Assembly: GCA_024684955.1 (NCBI GenBank)
Contig: JAIKWH010000023.1
Span: 12,624-76,623, forward strand
DNA from: Pseudobutyrivibrio sp.
Lineage (GTDB): Bacteria; Bacillota; Clostridia; Lachnospirales; Lachnospiraceae
Length of the DNA: 64,000 nt
Reading direction: 5' to 3'
Part shown: positions 29,361-40,209 of the stretch, one piece after another
How the letters are laid out: each line of letters opens with the position of its first letter
Numbering within the stretch: the stretch's first letter is position 1
Notes under the pieces: model-generated
The model's database searches: none
The model's input: only the letters and a program-made list of their open reading frames with translations
What the model was told of the DNA's origin: nothing
Program-made: the position numbers and the translations under genes

Positions 29361-30128
29361 TTAGAAGAAATTTCCTTCTAGTCTATTTGCTTTTAGTTTT
29401 GCAAAAAATTTGTCTACCTCTGAGATGATTCTGTCAGCCCCAGCACTTTTGAGAATATAGCCATCTGGCTTGAGACTGATAACATTTTCTATACTTTCCT
29501 TGTCATTTTTGCTAGTCAGAAAAATAACCGGAATGTCTGTGTATTCTTCGTTGCTACGAATCAACTCCAAAACCTGGCGGCCATCCATAATAGGCATCTC
29601 ATAGTCTAGCAATATTAGGTCCGGTCTATTGCTGGCCAGATATTGGATTGCCTTTAGACCACTGTCAGCAAAGTCCACCCTGTATTTTTCTCCAAGCCAC
29701 CCCTTGATATCTCTCAACATAACACCAGAGTCATCTACTACAAGAATCCGCTCTCGCTTTTCCTCCTTGCTGGTGGAGGCCCCTGCAATAATAGCCGTCA
29801 CAGCCTCTGAGGTGTTAAATGGTCTCTTGAAAACCCTAGTCACTAGGATTTCCGGGACAAACTTGTAGACATCAGTAATTTCATCGTCCTGGCCTATAAT
29901 AAAAAAATCATAGCCCTTTTCCATAATGAAATCCTTAAGGTGATACAATTCCTTTTCTTTGGCTCCTATGTCTGGGTCTGTAAACAGTACTAGCGCATCG
30001 GCATCATCTGCAGAAATTAAGTCCATAGGATTAAGGGATGTGATTTGCACATCCTCCTCTCTCTCCTTTAGATGGTCTGCCAAAGATTTGAACAGAAACC
30101 CCATTTTATCTGTCACAAGTAAAATCAT
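29361..30128 (-). CDS. Response regulator (pseudo-receiver plus receiver)
   Basis: C-terminal VVDD...LLDYEMPIMDG...FLTS...YILK; degenerate N-terminal receiver. Start set at MILLV. Confidence 0.85.
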   Translation of the reverse strand: MILLVTDKMGFLFKSLADHLKEREEDVQITSLNPMDLISADDADALVLFTDPDIGAKEKELYHLKDFIMEKGYDFFIIGQDDEITDVYKFVPEILVTRVFKRPFNTSEAVTAIIAGASTSKEEKRERILVVDDSGVMLRDIKGWLGEKYRVDFADSGLKAIQYLASNRPDLILLDYEMPIMDGRQVLELIRSNEEYTDIPVIFLTSKNDKESIENVISLKPDGYILKSAGADRIISEVDKFFAKLKANRLEGNFF

Positions 30129-30171
30129 CCCCTGCTGCCTCCCCTGCTTTCTTTTAGTATAACACAAGTAA

Positions 30172-33100
30172 TTATCCAATCACATCAAGAATAGCCTTGG
30201 CATCAGTTTTTATCAGATCCATCTTTACATCAGCCACATCCACTATCAGTTTTTCCATAATCTGCCTGCATCCTTCTGGCATAGCATACTTTTTCAGTTC
30301 TTTCATGACAGAATCCACCATGTCCATATCAAAACTATCCACAGCCTCAATCATTACTGAAAGCATGTCTACCAATTCTTCATTATCAATAGAAAGCAAG
30401 GCCGATTCGTCTGGTTTGAAATCTGAAAGGACCTCCTTCATAGACCTAAATTTTGCCATGAGAGCCGGCGTCTCTTCTTTAATCAATCCTATGTCTAAAT
30501 CATTTCCTGCCTTCTCCATTTTCTCAAACCAATTGCCCAACATAGCAGCCCCTATATACCTGGATGAATTTTTCATGGCGTGGACTTCGATGGTGTAATC
30601 TTTAATCAGGTCATCTTTGAGGCAATCCTCCATCCTGGATGCCTTTGTGTCTATCATAAGGTAATAGTTCCGCAAATTCTGCAGGAGGATATCCTTTGTG
30701 TAGGAATTTTTCATAGCCAGTTCATAGTCCAGACCCTCCGGGAAATTCTCCAGCCTGTCTATGGTTTTAGTCACCATATCCCGGTCCGGTTTCTTTGCAG
30801 ATTGTGTTGTAACCAAAAAATCACTGCGGACATCCTTTGGTCCCAGGACTATCTCGTCCTCTGGCAGCCATTTGACCAGAATCTTTGTTATCTCCTCCAT
30901 ATCGATAGGCTTGTGGGCCACATCATTCATGCCAGCCTCATAAAATCTTGCCACGATAGAATCGATCACATTGGCAGAGAGGGCAATGATTGGCAAATTC
31001 TTGTATTTTTCCCCGCCCAGTTTTCTGATAGATTCAGTTGCCTCTATACCATCCATAATAGGCATCATGTGGTCCATAAGGACTAGGTCATAATCCTTTT
31101 TCTCCACCATCTCCACTGCCTCTTTTCCATTGCTTGCCACATCCATGGCAAATCCTAGCGGCGCAAAGAGGGCCCTGGCAACCTGGACATTCATATCTAT
31201 ATCTTCTGCCAGTAGGATGTTTGCATTTGGAGCTGTAAATTCTATGATAGAATTATCTTCCTCCTCATCCCTTTCATGTCCATTTATGCAATCGCAAAAA
31301 TTCTTGGTAAATACAGGTTTGAATAGGGTGATATCTCCCAGTTTGTCCCCATCATCATCAAATGGATTCCTAGGCACAAAGACTTTTGCACCCTTGTCTT
31401 GATAGGCCTTTATCATATCCACCTTTGACCTATAGCTTTCTAGGTCAGCAAATATATAGGCAGGGCAAAGTCCTGTGTCCTTATCCTGGAATGAGAATCC
31501 ATAGCCGGTGGCTAGTTTTTCCATAAGAGGTCCCATGTACTCATCCGCAGAAAGGCAAAGTACAAGTGGACTATCAACTGTCTTTGCATCATCAATACTG
31601 GCTCCTGCCTCCTTGTCATTTACCATCTGAATAATCTCTACGATAAACTCTGACCCCTGGCCATAGACACTCTCTACTGAGATTTTGCCATTCATCAACT
31701 CTACCAGGTTTTTGGTGATGGAAAGGCCCAGGCCTGTTCCCTCAACACCAGCGTTTTTCTTTTGGTCTACCCGGGTAAAGGAGCCAAATAGTTTATCCTT
31801 GTCCTCAGGCTTGATTCCAATGCCAGTATCCTTTATAGAAAAGCACAGGATAATCTCATCCTCTTCCTCTGCTTCCTTGGTAAATACAGAGAGTTTTATA
31901 TATCCCTTCTCTGTAAATTTGATTGCATTGTTTACAATGTTTATGAGAATCTGACGGACCCTAGCCTGGTCACCAATCAAAGTCTTTGGGATATCCCTGT
32001 CCACATCATATAATAGTTCTATTGGTTTCTTATCAATCCTGCTGTAGAACATCATGGAAAGGTCTTCTAGGACAGATAGAATGTCATATTCCTGATTGAT
32101 AATATCCATCTTTCCAGACTCAATTTTGGAAAGATCTAAGATGTCGTTGATTATCTGCAGCAAGGCTGTGCCAGAACTCTTGATATTCATCAGATAGCGC
32201 TGGTCTTCCCTATTGCGCTCTTCCCTCAGCATTACATCAGTCATACCTATGACCGCATTCATAGGGGTGCGGAGTTCGTGGCTCATTTTTGCTAGGAAAT
32301 CACTCTTTGCCCTGTTGGCAGCATTTGCCTCTGACGCTGCATCTATAGCCCTATTGTTAGCCTCCTTTAAGGCCGTAATCAGTCTCTGCTCCTCCTCAGA
32401 GGCCTCCCTGACCTGCCTCCTCAGCTTGTTTCTATTTCTAATAAAAGCAACCCCAGCGATGGCAAAGGCAATAAAGAATACTGCAAAGACTACAAAACTG
32501 CTAAAGGTACTGTACCAACTGAGGCTCTCTATCACCTGCCCTGTCATTTCTGCAGGGAATATCTGTACCAAAAACCAATCGTGACCTACAATCTTGGACA
32601 CAGTGATTATTCCAGTACCAGCCCCGTCCCTATATTTTAGGACATACTTTTCTCGACCATAGCAATTCTCCAAAAAGTCCCTGAGTCCCTCGTCTGTTCC
32701 CTCTATAAACTCCACGTCGGCATACTCATCCAATATATTTTTATATTTAATGCTTGCAATAGATGACTTGGTGTAGACAATTATATTTCCCTGTGTGTCT
32801 ACAATGGCAGTGGAATCGGAGATAGAATTTTCATTTATCTCCATAGCGCTCCTGCTCAACTCCTCTGTGGTATATTTGTAAAAGAATCCCACAAAGAGAG
32901 CCCCAATAACCATAATAGCCACTACTGAAAAATAGACTTTTTCTCTGACGGTGATTGCAATTTTGTCCTTTCCCCGTCTCTCCTTGGCCTCCTTTTGAAT
33001 TATATGATAGGCCCCATAATAGGTTTCAAACCTGCCCTGACCGGTGAGAATCTGCAATTGCTTTCTCAAATCCACATTTTTAGCAATTGATGACACTATT

Positions 33101-34884
33101 ACTCCGTTATACCTAGTGCCAGATTCTTCTATTAATTCCTCCAAAACCTGATCGAAATTTTTTCCAACAGCATAATTTCTGCCCAGATAATCTGTGGCCG
33201 CATCAATAGTGTCTGCTATGGAAATAATGTCAATGCAGATTTTATATGGAGAGGATAGGTTGTCAAAAGTAGCAGGGTATCCACCCTGACCATCATAAAA
33301 TTTGTGATGACCTAATATTATGTCCCTATATATATCAAAATCCTTGTCATTCTGTATCAATTCCATGCCCTTTTGAGGATGTTTCCTAACAATTCTTACC
33401 TCATCCGATGACAAAGGTCTCATTTGCATATTTACCACCTGGCCAATAACACACTTGCCCAAGTCGTGGAAAAGGGCTGCTTTACTTATATAGTTAATTA
33501 AATCTTTGCGGAAATTCTTGTCCTTTCTCCCAGGAGGCATTTGCTCAGATGGACTCAGCCTCAGTTCCTTTAAAGGGATTAAAAGATCTGGCCTGTTTTC
33601 AAAGAGGGCCTCTGTAATTAGGACAGCTATTTCTTGCACCATCAGGCTATGAACATAGACCGATGGGTGCCTTTTTAGGGCATAGTCTAATACTATTCCT
33701 TCCTTCTCCTCCATGGTTTTTGCAAGTGGGATATTGTATGCGAATATAGCCTTTACCACTTTGTCCACATCCCCAATGAGTTCCAAATGGTCTGGAGGAC
33801 ATTTTAGGTAACAATCAATTATACTTTTAGCCGCAGTTTGGATAATGTTTCTTTTTGCATCCGGTTCCAAATCCGACGCAAAAGTCATGGTCATAACTAT
33901 GTGAATCAGGTCATTTAATTTGTCATAGTCGTCCCTTAGTCTTTCAATGTCTGGCAATTCTCCAGCAGTAATATCCAAGACATACTTGTACAATAATTTT
34001 TGTAAATCAAAAAGGACAAACTCATCCCCTCTTGGCTTGAGATAGAATTCCTTCTCAATCAAAAACAAGAGGTTTACATACTCATCATTGGAAATGATTT
34101 TTTTCTTGTCTAGAAAATCAAAAAACCGGCCCATTTCATCTGGGTGCAATGTGAGAATCTGATAGAAAACAGTTAAGATTTGTCTGTTTAGTCTATCCAT
34201 CTGAATCTTTAGAGAATCAGATTCTTCTAGTATTTTTTCGTTCTTTATATATGAATAATATTTTTGAATATTCTCGTAGCCCCACTCCAACTCAGCCATT
34301 ATGGATGGGCAGTCCTTGCTGTGATTTGTGATTAAATGTATACCTATAATGATGATGTTTAAAAGGATTTCCTCGTTTTTTGTCCTCTCGGCCTCCTTCT
34401 TTAAAACATCAACGTGTTTGATTCCCATCCTGATGGCAGCCTTGCCCATCTCCATGGCTTCCTCCACCTTGGCTGCATCGCTTTGGGCATAATGCTGATC
34501 AAAGGCGCGCAGGTAATAGCTATAGAGCCTAGCCAATTTCCCATAGTTGTGTTCTCTCTCATAATAATCTATGAGAACCTTGAGAATGAAAAGATATACC
34601 GGTGGGTCTTGGTATTCTCTTTCGTCACATATGCTGATGACATAGTCGTAAAGGGCTTCCATTCCATCATCAGTAAGCCCTTGAGATATCCTGTTTTTAA
34701 GATTCTCAACAGCATCATTATATTTAATATAAAGCTGGCGATTGTGCTCAGTTTTTCCTACAAGCATCCCCTTCCATTCTTCAAAAGAGGCCTGCCTGTT
34801 TAGCAATTCATTATATTTTCCAAACTCTCTGAATGCACTACCAACTATCTCGTTATAGTGAATGATTAGTTCTTCAACTGTCAT
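30172..34884 (-). CDS. HD-GYP / hybrid histidine kinase / receiver / Hpt fusion protein
   Basis: HSLMV, FHDLGK, HHKFYDGQGGYP, IADTIDA; two TM helices; MSHELRTP, NNAIKFT, GTGLGL; LAED...MDHMMP; YTIEVHAMKNSSRYIGA (Hpt). Confidence 0.9.
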   Translation of the reverse strand: MTVEELIIHYNEIVGSAFREFGKYNELLNRQASFEEWKGMLVGKTEHNRQLYIKYNDAVENLKNRISQGLTDDGMEALYDYVISICDEREYQDPPVYLFILKVLIDYYEREHNYGKLARLYSYYLRAFDQHYAQSDAAKVEEAMEMGKAAIRMGIKHVDVLKKEAERTKNEEILLNIIIIGIHLITNHSKDCPSIMAELEWGYENIQKYYSYIKNEKILEESDSLKIQMDRLNRQILTVFYQILTLHPDEMGRFFDFLDKKKIISNDEYVNLLFLIEKEFYLKPRGDEFVLFDLQKLLYKYVLDITAGELPDIERLRDDYDKLNDLIHIVMTMTFASDLEPDAKRNIIQTAAKSIIDCYLKCPPDHLELIGDVDKVVKAIFAYNIPLAKTMEEKEGIVLDYALKRHPSVYVHSLMVQEIAVLITEALFENRPDLLIPLKELRLSPSEQMPPGRKDKNFRKDLINYISKAALFHDLGKCVIGQVVNMQMRPLSSDEVRIVRKHPQKGMELIQNDKDFDIYRDIILGHHKFYDGQGGYPATFDNLSSPYKICIDIISIADTIDAATDYLGRNYAVGKNFDQVLEELIEESGTRYNGVIVSSIAKNVDLRKQLQILTGQGRFETYYGAYHIIQKEAKERRGKDKIAITVREKVYFSVVAIMVIGALFVGFFYKYTTEELSRSAMEINENSISDSTAIVDTQGNIIVYTKSSIASIKYKNILDEYADVEFIEGTDEGLRDFLENCYGREKYVLKYRDGAGTGIITVSKIVGHDWFLVQIFPAEMTGQVIESLSWYSTFSSFVVFAVFFIAFAIAGVAFIRNRNKLRRQVREASEEEQRLITALKEANNRAIDAASEANAANRAKSDFLAKMSHELRTPMNAVIGMTDVMLREERNREDQRYLMNIKSSGTALLQIINDILDLSKIESGKMDIINQEYDILSVLEDLSMMFYSRIDKKPIELLYDVDRDIPKTLIGDQARVRQILINIVNNAIKFTEKGYIKLSVFTKEAEEEDEIILCFSIKDTGIGIKPEDKDKLFGSFTRVDQKKNAGVEGTGLGLSITKNLVELMNGKISVESVYGQGSEFIVEIIQMVNDKEAGASIDDAKTVDSPLVLCLSADEYMGPLMEKLATGYGFSFQDKDTGLCPAYIFADLESYRSKVDMIKAYQDKGAKVFVPRNPFDDDGDKLGDITLFKPVFTKNFCDCINGHERDEEEDNSIIEFTAPNANILLAEDIDMNVQVARALFAPLGFAMDVASNGKEAVEMVEKKDYDLVLMDHMMPIMDGIEATESIRKLGGEKYKNLPIIALSANVIDSIVARFYEAGMNDVAHKPIDMEEITKILVKWLPEDEIVLGPKDVRSDFLVTTQSAKKPDRDMVTKTIDRLENFPEGLDYELAMKNSYTKDILLQNLRNYYLMIDTKASRMEDCLKDDLIKDYTIEVHAMKNSSRYIGAAMLGNWFEKMEKAGNDLDIGLIKEETPALMAKFRSMKEVLSDFKPDESALLSIDNEELVDMLSVMIEAVDSFDMDMVDSVMKELKKYAMPEGCRQIMEKLIVDVADVKMDLIKTDAKAILDVIG

Positions 34885-34895
34885 AGTTACGCCCT

Positions 34896-36212
34896 TTATA
34901 CATTCTGTTTAAATTTGCCAGCGATATTTAAAAATGCACCTGCAACAAGAGGGTCAAAATGTGTGCCAGACTCCTGCTTTATAGTTTCTATTGCCTCATC
35001 AAAAGTTCGGGCCGACTTGTAAGTGTGCTTTGATAATAGTTCGTCAAAACAATCTGCCACCGCCATAATTCTGGCAGAGACAGGTATCTCCTCCCCTTTT
35101 AACCCCTGTGGATAACCAGTTCCATCCCACCATTCATGATGAGACCAAGCCATATCAATGGCATCCGTCATATAGGAGTTTTCTCCAACAGACATAAGGG
35201 TTTTGGACAAAAGTTTCATTCCCTCTGTGGTATGAGTTTTAAGGATATCACTCTCCTCCGGGGTCAGAGGGCTTGTCTTATTTAAAATGGAATCTGAAAT
35301 GGCAATTTTTCCAATGTCATGAAGGGGAGATGCCTTTGTCATCCTTTGTATAGCGCTCCTGGTAATGACACGGGGATATTTCCTTTGTCTATGGAGTTCC
35401 TTTGCTATCTCCTCCACATAGACAGCAGTCCTTTTAATGTGCTCACCAGACCTTTCATCTCTCACCTCCACCATGTTGGCAAAGTCTAGAATGATTCCCT
35501 CCTGCATATTGGTAATTCTCTCTGCATCATTCATTGCCATGAGGAATACCATGATTAACAGTGAGGTAAAAATAGACATATTTATCATATACATGCCATT
35601 AACAAGAGTTGATAAAACAGTTGTTACAAGGGGCAAAAGAAAAAATGAGGAATAAGAAATGAGTTCCTTTCTAGACAGGTATTTTCTCTGAGTTATTATA
35701 AGAACCTGATTTAACAAAAGAGGTATTAGATATAAGTATATATAAGGGACGTAATAAGGCCCCTGTTTAAAGAGATTGTTTACATTGAAATAATATATTT
35801 GTCCCGTAAAAATATTTACAATCAGGAGAATTACAGAAATGGCAATGATAATTTGAATGAGCCAAAAGCCCCTGGCTTTCCCCTTATATCCATTCTGAAT
35901 CATATTAATATGCAGTACCTTGGCCAGAGTCCACTCCAAAAGAATACTCATGGTAAAGATTACAAAGTTGGTTATCCTAACTGCATAGTAGGCCTGACGA
36001 ATCATCTGTCCCTTGTAGAGTATTCCTAATATATCTGCCACAAAAAGGATTATGGCAAATATATTCATCATCATAAAATATGGTTTTTTCTTGTCGCTGG
36101 TCCTCATTATAAAATGGGTAATAATGAGCATAACAACAACAATGGCTGTCGCCCATCCTTCCATCCATATTTGCGCTACTGTCATTCCCCCAAGCTGTGC
36201 CATCTTAGACAT
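34896..36212 (-). CDS. 7TM HD-GYP phosphodiesterase
   Basis: Seven hydrophobic segments; RDERSGEHIKR, LHDIGKI, HHEWWDGTGYP, VADCFDEL, SGTHFDP. Confidence 0.9.
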   Translation of the reverse strand: MSKMAQLGGMTVAQIWMEGWATAIVVVMLIITHFIMRTSDKKKPYFMMMNIFAIILFVADILGILYKGQMIRQAYYAVRITNFVIFTMSILLEWTLAKVLHINMIQNGYKGKARGFWLIQIIIAISVILLIVNIFTGQIYYFNVNNLFKQGPYYVPYIYLYLIPLLLNQVLIITQRKYLSRKELISYSSFFLLPLVTTVLSTLVNGMYMINMSIFTSLLIMVFLMAMNDAERITNMQEGIILDFANMVEVRDERSGEHIKRTAVYVEEIAKELHRQRKYPRVITRSAIQRMTKASPLHDIGKIAISDSILNKTSPLTPEESDILKTHTTEGMKLLSKTLMSVGENSYMTDAIDMAWSHHEWWDGTGYPQGLKGEEIPVSARIMAVADCFDELLSKHTYKSARTFDEAIETIKQESGTHFDPLVAGAFLNIAGKFKQNV

Positions 36213-36287
36213 ATTTTTCTTACTCCTTCAAATGCTAACTAAAGTATTTAAAAGTATACTCCTCAAAGGTGAAAAAACTTTGACACT

Positions 36288-36318
36288 AAAAAAGGAACCC
36301 TTCTTAAGGGTTCCTTTT
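36288..36318 (-). terminator. Terminator after the GH30 operon
   Basis: AAAAGGAACCCTT/AAGGGTTCCTTTT stem. Confidence 0.85.
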
Positions 36319-36321
36319 CAT

Positions 36322-37641
36322 TTACATAAGTATTGTAATAATCGAGTTTGCCTTCATCATAAAGTCTGCCTGGGTGTCCTGGTCACAGAGGGTAAATGGC
36401 AAGTCCTCATCTGACTCATTTAAAACTATTACCACCTTGCTTCCATCTGGATTTGAAAAACCAACAGTCTCAAGTTTTCTATTATAACTAGATGTCAAAA
36501 ATCTCTTGGCACCTGGACGGATAAAGTGACTGAAATGTCTAATGTAATAGTAGGAAGGTTTGATATCAATCCTATCCTCATCAGTATCACACATAAGAGG
36601 GGCCCCACAATAGTTGCCTACATGGTTTGGTCCACCCTTTGCATCTAGGATTACATTCCAATCCAAAAATGCATTTGCTCCCGCTTTTAGGTCGCCAATC
36701 ATATCATGAGCATACATCTGAGCATGTGAAAGGTCTGCATTCTGGGAGAATCTTGAATATTCAACACAGCCTTCTGTAAAGATAAATTCCTTGTCTGGAA
36801 ATCTTTTGATAGTCTCAGACAGAATTTCAAAATGGTCTCCTGTGTACCAGTGAAAGGCTACTCCATCAATAACATCATTTGCCCCATCTACTGATAGACT
36901 TTCCTCAGCCCTCTCCAATATTTTTTCCTTGTTGTGGTCCCATACGGAGATTTTTACATCGGTAAGTCCTGCTTTTACCAGGGCAGGTTTTAGGAAATCT
37001 CTGGCAAAGAGGGCCTCCTCCTTGCCAGAATATATGCATGAATCCCAGGTCTGGGTGGCTGCAGGCTCATTTTGTACAGTGAGTCTCTTAATCACCACCC
37101 CTTCCTTTCTATATTCCAAAAGGAATTTTACTATGGTGTCTGCCCACATCTGAGCAAATTCATCCTTTAGTTTTCCCCCGTGATTCATCTCACCATTAGT
37201 TTTCATGAAAGGGGCAGGGCTCCAAGGAGAAGCCAAAAATTCCATATCAGGGTTTACAGCCAACACATCTTTAATAAAAGGAAGGATATATTTTTTGTCT
37301 CTGCTGATGTTAAAGCCCTCTAAATTTTTGTCATTTTCATCACTGACATAGGCGTAATTTCCCAGGGCAAAATCGCAGCTTTGGATGTGGAGGCGGCACA
37401 TGGAATATCCACTGTTCTCCTTTGAGAAATAAAGGTCAATTAGTTCTCTTTTTTTCTCGTCACTCATGCAGCTGTAGGTGTAAGCACTAGCCTCTGTCAA
37501 GGCTCCGCCAATTCCAATAAGAGACTGATAGGTCACTTCAGGATAGATGCGGATTTGCTTCATCTCGCCGCCGCTTTCCTTTCTTGACTTTACCTCCATT
37601 TCTTTCATGGCCTCTTTGCCATCTGTCACAAAATACTTCAT
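36322..37641 (-). CDS. Glycoside hydrolase family 30 (glucosylceramidase-like)
   Basis: GIGGALTE, SCDF, ASPWSPAPFMKTN, VQNEP (acid/base), AFHWY, FTEGC (nucleophile), GGPNH. Confidence 0.92.
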   Translation of the reverse strand: MKYFVTDGKEAMKEMEVKSRKESGGEMKQIRIYPEVTYQSLIGIGGALTEASAYTYSCMSDEKKRELIDLYFSKENSGYSMCRLHIQSCDFALGNYAYVSDENDKNLEGFNISRDKKYILPFIKDVLAVNPDMEFLASPWSPAPFMKTNGEMNHGGKLKDEFAQMWADTIVKFLLEYRKEGVVIKRLTVQNEPAATQTWDSCIYSGKEEALFARDFLKPALVKAGLTDVKISVWDHNKEKILERAEESLSVDGANDVIDGVAFHWYTGDHFEILSETIKRFPDKEFIFTEGCVEYSRFSQNADLSHAQMYAHDMIGDLKAGANAFLDWNVILDAKGGPNHVGNYCGAPLMCDTDEDRIDIKPSYYYIRHFSHFIRPGAKRFLTSSYNRKLETVGFSNPDGSKVVIVLNESDEDLPFTLCDQDTQADFMMKANSIITILM

Positions 37642-37659
37642 GGTATTCCCTTTCTGTCT

Positions 37660-39300
37660 TTAATTTGCTTCGCTTAATTTAGCCTTGTTAGCCTGCATCT
37701 TTTCAGACTTAACTTCTTTGATTGCATCCCAGTTGTTGTCTGCCAAAAATGTCTTGTATGTCTCAAGGACTGTGTCAAATTCCTCAGAGTTTGCAGAGCG
37801 TATGAGAGAAACAAGAGTTGTAGACCAGTTTGTCTTTATAGCGCTGTAGGATCTAGCCTCAACTGTGCCATCATCTGGGTCTGTATTCTCCAGGATAAAG
37901 TGAGGATAAAGTTTTCCCTCTCCCCATGCCTGCATCTGCTTGATTGAATCTGGGTATGAATCGTTGCTAAGTGCCTTATATCTATCGTGACCGAAGAAGA
38001 TAAATTCTCCCAGTCTGATTTCCTTCTTGAATCTGTCATTGTCAGAAACCTGCAGGTCCTTCATCTCCTGAGTGAGGGCATAGCTGCCATCCTCTAATAC
38101 TGTGTATGTCTCCCCTTCAATACCATAGGTAGTTAGAATCTGTCCCTCATCAGAAAGAAGATATGAAAAGAGCTCGATAGCTTTTGCTGGGTCAGAGCAC
38201 TCTTTTGTGATGTATGAAATCATCCATCCGCTAATACCTGACTGGTTAAGTGTAGGAGCGTTGCCTACAGTACTCTTAGGTCCGTCAACAGCAATGTATG
38301 AATTGCCTGAATCATTTGTGTATGTGGTAAGGAAACCAGACTGCTGTGGTGTGCCATCCATGAGAATTACACCGTATTTACCAATACTAATCTTTTCCTG
38401 CCACATTGTGTTGTCATCTGTAAAACTATCATCTGAGATGCATCCATTCTGGTATGCCTGATTAAGTGTCCTAAGCCATGAGAGATAATCCTCATCAAGG
38501 TTTCTGTCATAGAATGAACCATCGGAATTCTCCAGTGGTACTCCAAGGAAATCCTGGAGAACGTCTCCTAATGAGCTGGTGCCATCAGTCTCAAAGTTGT
38601 TGAAACCGAATGGGATTACATCAGGATATTGATCCTTAATCTGATTTAATACATCAAGGAATTCCTCCTGTGTCTGCATCTTTGGCTGGCCAAGAGCCTC
38701 GTATATATCAGATCTGATTACAAAAGCACTCTTTGCGAAAATATCTCCGCTCTCATAATCCTCTGCTGTATTTGAGTAATCTGGATATCCATAAGTCTTG
38801 CCATCAGAAAGTGTAAACCATGCCATGCTCTCAGGTGATGCAACTGAATAAAAATATGGATCATAGGCATCCGCCAATTCATCAAGTGGATAAGCCCATG
38901 TATTTGCTTTTTGGGCTACTGCTGATGATGAATCAAAGATAGTGATGAGGTCTGGCATATCTCCACCTGCGAAACAGGTGTTAAGTGTAGTGTCATCACC
39001 TACAATAAATTCGATATCGATATTCATATCCTCTTTGATTTTTTTAGTAACAACATCGTCACCCCATCCTGTGTTCCACCAGTCTGCATTTACATACCAT
39101 GTGAGTTTTGTTGTGTCCTCTCTCTTGTCCACTGTCCATGATGGAACTGAGGCATCCGGAGTAAAACCCAACTCCTCTGCTGTCTGTGCCTTTGTCTGGT
39201 CTGCACCGGCGCTAGAATTTCCACATCCGGTCACAAGACCTGCCGCCATCAGGGATACAAGTCCCAGGCTGGCCACCTTTTGTAAAAACATTTTTTTCAT
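37660..39300 (-). CDS. Oligosaccharide ABC substrate-binding lipoprotein (LplA-like)
   Basis: Lipobox VTGC, DGKTYGYP, YGIEGETY; start at MKKMF. Confidence 0.9.
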   Translation of the reverse strand: MKKMFLQKVASLGLVSLMAAGLVTGCGNSSAGADQTKAQTAEELGFTPDASVPSWTVDKREDTTKLTWYVNADWWNTGWGDDVVTKKIKEDMNIDIEFIVGDDTTLNTCFAGGDMPDLITIFDSSSAVAQKANTWAYPLDELADAYDPYFYSVASPESMAWFTLSDGKTYGYPDYSNTAEDYESGDIFAKSAFVIRSDIYEALGQPKMQTQEEFLDVLNQIKDQYPDVIPFGFNNFETDGTSSLGDVLQDFLGVPLENSDGSFYDRNLDEDYLSWLRTLNQAYQNGCISDDSFTDDNTMWQEKISIGKYGVILMDGTPQQSGFLTTYTNDSGNSYIAVDGPKSTVGNAPTLNQSGISGWMISYITKECSDPAKAIELFSYLLSDEGQILTTYGIEGETYTVLEDGSYALTQEMKDLQVSDNDRFKKEIRLGEFIFFGHDRYKALSNDSYPDSIKQMQAWGEGKLYPHFILENTDPDDGTVEARSYSAIKTNWSTTLVSLIRSANSEEFDTVLETYKTFLADNNWDAIKEVKSEKMQANKAKLSEAN

Positions 39301-39319
39301 CTTTTTTACCCCTCTTTTT

Positions 39320-40195
39320 TTATTCTTTGACAGCCCCAAGCATCATACCCGACACAAAATGTTTTTGTAGTAGTGGGTATATGATGATGATTGGCACTGT
39401 TGTTACCACTATAGTTGCTAGCTGTATTCCCTTTGATGTGGTAGATAAAACCACAGAACCAAAGGTGTTGTTTGCTGCCGCCATCTGTTGCACGATTATT
39501 TCGTACAGTTTCATCTGCACCGGATAGAGATCGCGGTTTGTGATGTAAAGTTTTGCAGTCATAAAATCATTCCATTGGAACACGCCGTTGAAAAGGGCAA
39601 TTGTTGCCAGGGCTGGCTTTGATAAAGGCATGATGATTGTGAGAAATACTCTCCATGCTCCCGCCCCATCTATCTTGGCTGCCTCCTCCAGGGAAACTGG
39701 TACCTGCCTAAAAAAGTTCATCAAAATTACCACGTCGTAATATGAAAACAATTGAGGCAGTATATATACCAAAAAGTTATTTAGCAATCCTAGTTTTTTC
39801 ATCAGCAAGTAAGTTGGAATCATACCTCCTGAGAAAAAGAGGGTAATGACTCCCATCACTGTGTAGATATTTCTCAATTTCAAATCCCTTTTGCTAAGGC
39901 CATAAGCCACCATGGAGCAAAAGAATACGTGGGTGACCACTCCAAAGACTGTTTTTGCCACTGATATCAAAAAGGCCTTCCAAATGGATGTATCCTTAAA
40001 AACAGCCTTGTAATTATCCAGGGTTACCCCTTTAGGAAAGAAAATAAAATTTCCCTCCGCCAAAGATTTTGCATCGGCAAAAGACTGGGCCACCACATTT
40101 AAAATTGGAATAATGATTATTAGTGTCAGCAGGCTTACAAGAATCACGTTTGTAATATCAAAAATCCTACCTGATGTTAGTTTTTTCCTTTTCAT
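39320..40195 (-). CDS. ABC permease (LplC-like)
   Basis: FSGGMIPTY, SLEEAAKIDGA, QWNDF, YPLLQKHF, GAVKE. Confidence 0.93.
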   Translation of the reverse strand: MKRKKLTSGRIFDITNVILVSLLTLIIIIPILNVVAQSFADAKSLAEGNFIFFPKGVTLDNYKAVFKDTSIWKAFLISVAKTVFGVVTHVFFCSMVAYGLSKRDLKLRNIYTVMGVITLFFSGGMIPTYLLMKKLGLLNNFLVYILPQLFSYYDVVILMNFFRQVPVSLEEAAKIDGAGAWRVFLTIIMPLSKPALATIALFNGVFQWNDFMTAKLYITNRDLYPVQMKLYEIIVQQMAAANNTFGSVVLSTTSKGIQLATIVVTTVPIIIIYPLLQKHFVSGMMLGAVKE

Positions 40196-40209
40196 TGCAA
40201 CCTCCCAAT

